In this document: in pieces, positions 62,446 through 64,000 of the stretch
How the letters are laid out: each line of letters begins with the position of its first letter
Numbering within the stretch: the first letter of the stretch is position 1
Assembly (NCBI GenBank): GCA_964350435.1
Contig: CAYGJS010000003.1
Location: 39,168 to 103,167 of the forward strand
DNA from: an uncultured Micavibrio sp.
GTDB lineage: Bacteria; Pseudomonadota; Alphaproteobacteria; Micavibrionales; Micavibrionaceae
Direction: 5' to 3'
Length of the DNA stretch: 64,000 nt
Made by a program: the position numbers and the translations under genes
Notes under the pieces: generated by a model
What the model saw: the letters and a program-made list of their open reading frames with translations, nothing else
What the model was told of the DNA's origin: nothing
The model's database searches: none

Positions 62446-63552
62446 ATGTATCAGGAAAGCAAAACCGTAGCCTTTGGGGATCGTCAAATTGGGGATGGTC
62501 ATCCGTGCTTCATCGTTTTTGAGGCTGGCCCGACGCATGACGGTTTGGAGACTGCGAAACGCCTTGTGACATTGGCCGCTGAAGCCGGTGCGGACGCCGT
62601 GAAGTTCCAGATTGTGGATCCTGATCGTTTGGTTGCGGATAAGAAGCAGCCGTTTTCGTATGAGATTTTGGTGAACCGTGAAACAGGCGAAACCAAGACC
62701 GTGGAAAGCCCGCTTTATGATTTGCTTAAGAGCCGCTCGATGGAAAAAGACGAGTGGAGAGAGCTTAAAAAATATTCGGATTCATTGGGCCTTGCGTTTT
62801 TTGCGACTGTGGGGTTTGAGGATGAAATTGAGCTTCTTGAAGAACTGAAATGTGATTCGATCAAGATTGCGTCGGCGGATGTGAACCATATTCCGCTCAT
62901 TAAGCGCGCCGCGAAAACCGGGATGTGTTTGCAGCTTGATACCGGAAATTCTACGATCGGTGAAATTGAAGCGGCTGTTGATGCTATTCGCGCCGAAGGG
63001 AATGAGAATATCATTATTCACCAATGTCCGTCTGGCTACCCTGCCCGTTTGGACAGCGTAAATTTGCAGATTATTCCGACATTGAAGACAATGTTCGGTT
63101 ATCCCGCCGCTTATTCCGATCATGTTCCCGGTTGGGAGATGGATATTGCGGCGGTTGCTATGGGCGCGAATATGGTCGAGAAGACGATTACGCTTGATCG
63201 TATGACGCCTTCTGTTGAGCATATCATGTCGCTTGAGCCTTCAGAGATGGCGTCTTTTGTGCGGTCTTTGCGTGACGTAGAAACCGCGATGGGGACTTCA
63301 CGCCGCATTATGGCGCCCAAGGAGCTGGCCAAGCGTAATGCTATTCGCCGCTCAATTTTTCTGAAAGGTCCGGCCAAGGCAGGGCAGAAGCTTTCCGAGG
63401 TTGAGGTAGAATTCCGCCGTCCTGGCTTCGGCATTGGTCCTGACCATTACGAAGCACTCGCGAATGCGACGTTTACCAAGGATATGGATGCGGGGGTCTG
63501 CCTTTCTTTCAGTGATCTTGAGCAGGCGCGTGAAGACGCGAAGGCGGCTTAA
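62446..63552 (+). CDS. neuB: NeuB-family nonulosonic acid synthase (pseudaminic/legionaminic/N-acetylneuraminic acid synthase-like) with a C-terminal SAF domain
   Basis: 368 aa. CFIVFEAGPTHDG...GADAVKFQ, IKIASADVN, SDHVPG. Directly follows pseC. Confidence 0.8.
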   Translation: MYQESKTVAFGDRQIGDGHPCFIVFEAGPTHDGLETAKRLVTLAAEAGADAVKFQIVDPDRLVADKKQPFSYEILVNRETGETKTVESPLYDLLKSRSMEKDEWRELKKYSDSLGLAFFATVGFEDEIELLEELKCDSIKIASADVNHIPLIKRAAKTGMCLQLDTGNSTIGEIEAAVDAIRAEGNENIIIHQCPSGYPARLDSVNLQIIPTLKTMFGYPAAYSDHVPGWEMDIAAVAMGANMVEKTITLDRMTPSVEHIMSLEPSEMASFVRSLRDVETAMGTSRRIMAPKELAKRNAIRRSIFLKGPAKAGQKLSEVEVEFRRPGFGIGPDHYEALANATFTKDMDAGVCLSFSDLEQAREDAKAA

Positions 63553-63743
63553 AACTTCATATTTTCATGATGGTGAAGGGCCGAAGGCTTCTTGACATGG
63601 CAATCGATGAGGGATTGCGGTGCGTCGTTTATCATTTCCTTTGAGCCGGGGCGCGCAAGGATGCCTCTTATCAACCCTTCTTTTATATTTATCGACTTAA
63701 CGGATTATTATTCTCGATGAGCTGAGGGCTTATTCTGGTTTTT

Positions 63744-63769
63744 GTGATTGTTTGATTGTTTGATTGTTT
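63744..63769. repeat. short tandem octamer repeat (G/T)TGATTGT x3
   Basis: GTGATTGT TTGATTGT TTGATTGT TT, in the 280-bp non-coding gap after neuB. Confidence 0.8.
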
Positions 63770-63785
63770 AGAGAAATTTGAGTTT

Positions 63786-63816
63786 AAAAAAAAGCCCCCA
63801 GTTTGGGGGCTTTTCT
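63786..63816 (-). terminator. rho-independent terminator (strong for the minus-strand OMP gene, possibly bidirectional)
   Basis: 8-bp GC-rich stem AGCCCCCA-gtt-TGGGGGCT. An A-run lies on the plus strand, so it reads as a T-run after the hairpin on the minus strand. TTTT lies on the plus-strand side. Confidence 0.75.
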
Positions 63817-63834
63817 ATTGAGTTTCTGATTAAA

Positions 63835-64000
63835 CTAGAATTTCAAAGCGGCTTTCAGAGAGCCTGAGTGGCCGTCAAAGTCTTCTTTGTATTCGTAATC
63901 ATATTGTGCAGTGAGCTCCCAGTTTGATGTCGCGGCGTAAGTCAAACCAACACCAGCATCAAACGTTGTCTGTGCAGGATCGAAGCCTTGTGTTCTGAAG
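63835..64000 (-). CDS. outer-membrane beta-barrel protein, C-terminal fragment (N-terminus beyond the right window edge)
   Basis: The rc translation ends ...FDAGVGLTYAATSNWELTAQYDYEYKEDFDGHSGSLKAALKF-stop. Alternating aromatic pattern and terminal Phe, typical of OMP beta-signals. Confidence 0.6.
   Translation of the reverse strand, partial: FRTQGFDPAQTTFDAGVGLTYAATSNWELTAQYDYEYKEDFDGHSGSLKAALKF

Overview
This window reads as an alphaproteobacterial chromosome segment. Three things point that way: a GTTC-N7-GTTC SOS box at lexA, a PdhB carrying an N-terminal lipoyl domain, and ntrYX-trkA...hfq-hflX-mazG synteny. From 1 to about 40.6 kb it is densely packed housekeeping: gltA, gltX, comEC, lexA, trpCDG/trpE, ppiD-like, tpiA, secG, pyrG, rlpA, kdsA, eno, ftsB, pdhABC-lpd-lipA, ispDF-pgpA-cinA, ntrYX, trkA, murI, hfq, hflX and mazG. 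From about 40.7 to 63.6 kb there is a visibly more AT-rich surface-glycan island. It holds two GT4 glycosyltransferases, Wzx, a Wzy-like protein, five SAM methyltransferases (two FkbM-type), two sulfotransferases, AsnB, a beta-barrel OMP and pseB-pseC-neuB. Two large RTX proteins are embedded in it: a serralysin-type metalloprotease and a DUF4114/RTX protein. I found no rRNA, tRNA, CRISPR array or classical IS element. The most unusual signal is inside the pdh operon. Two diverged GxxExxY (PD-(D/E)XK-like) genes each sit in a roughly 0.45-0.5 kb cassette bounded by nested inverted repeats. The first is flanked by a 9-11 bp direct duplication that exactly recreates the pdhB-stop/pdhC-start overlap. 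The right ends of both cassettes are near-identical and supply the ribosome-binding site of the downstream host gene. I read this as a small homing or mobile cassette family. A translationally coupled LOG/SLOG (TIGR00725-like) protein plus 2-TM protein follows directly. All functional calls rest on by-eye motif and family recognition, with no searches run.
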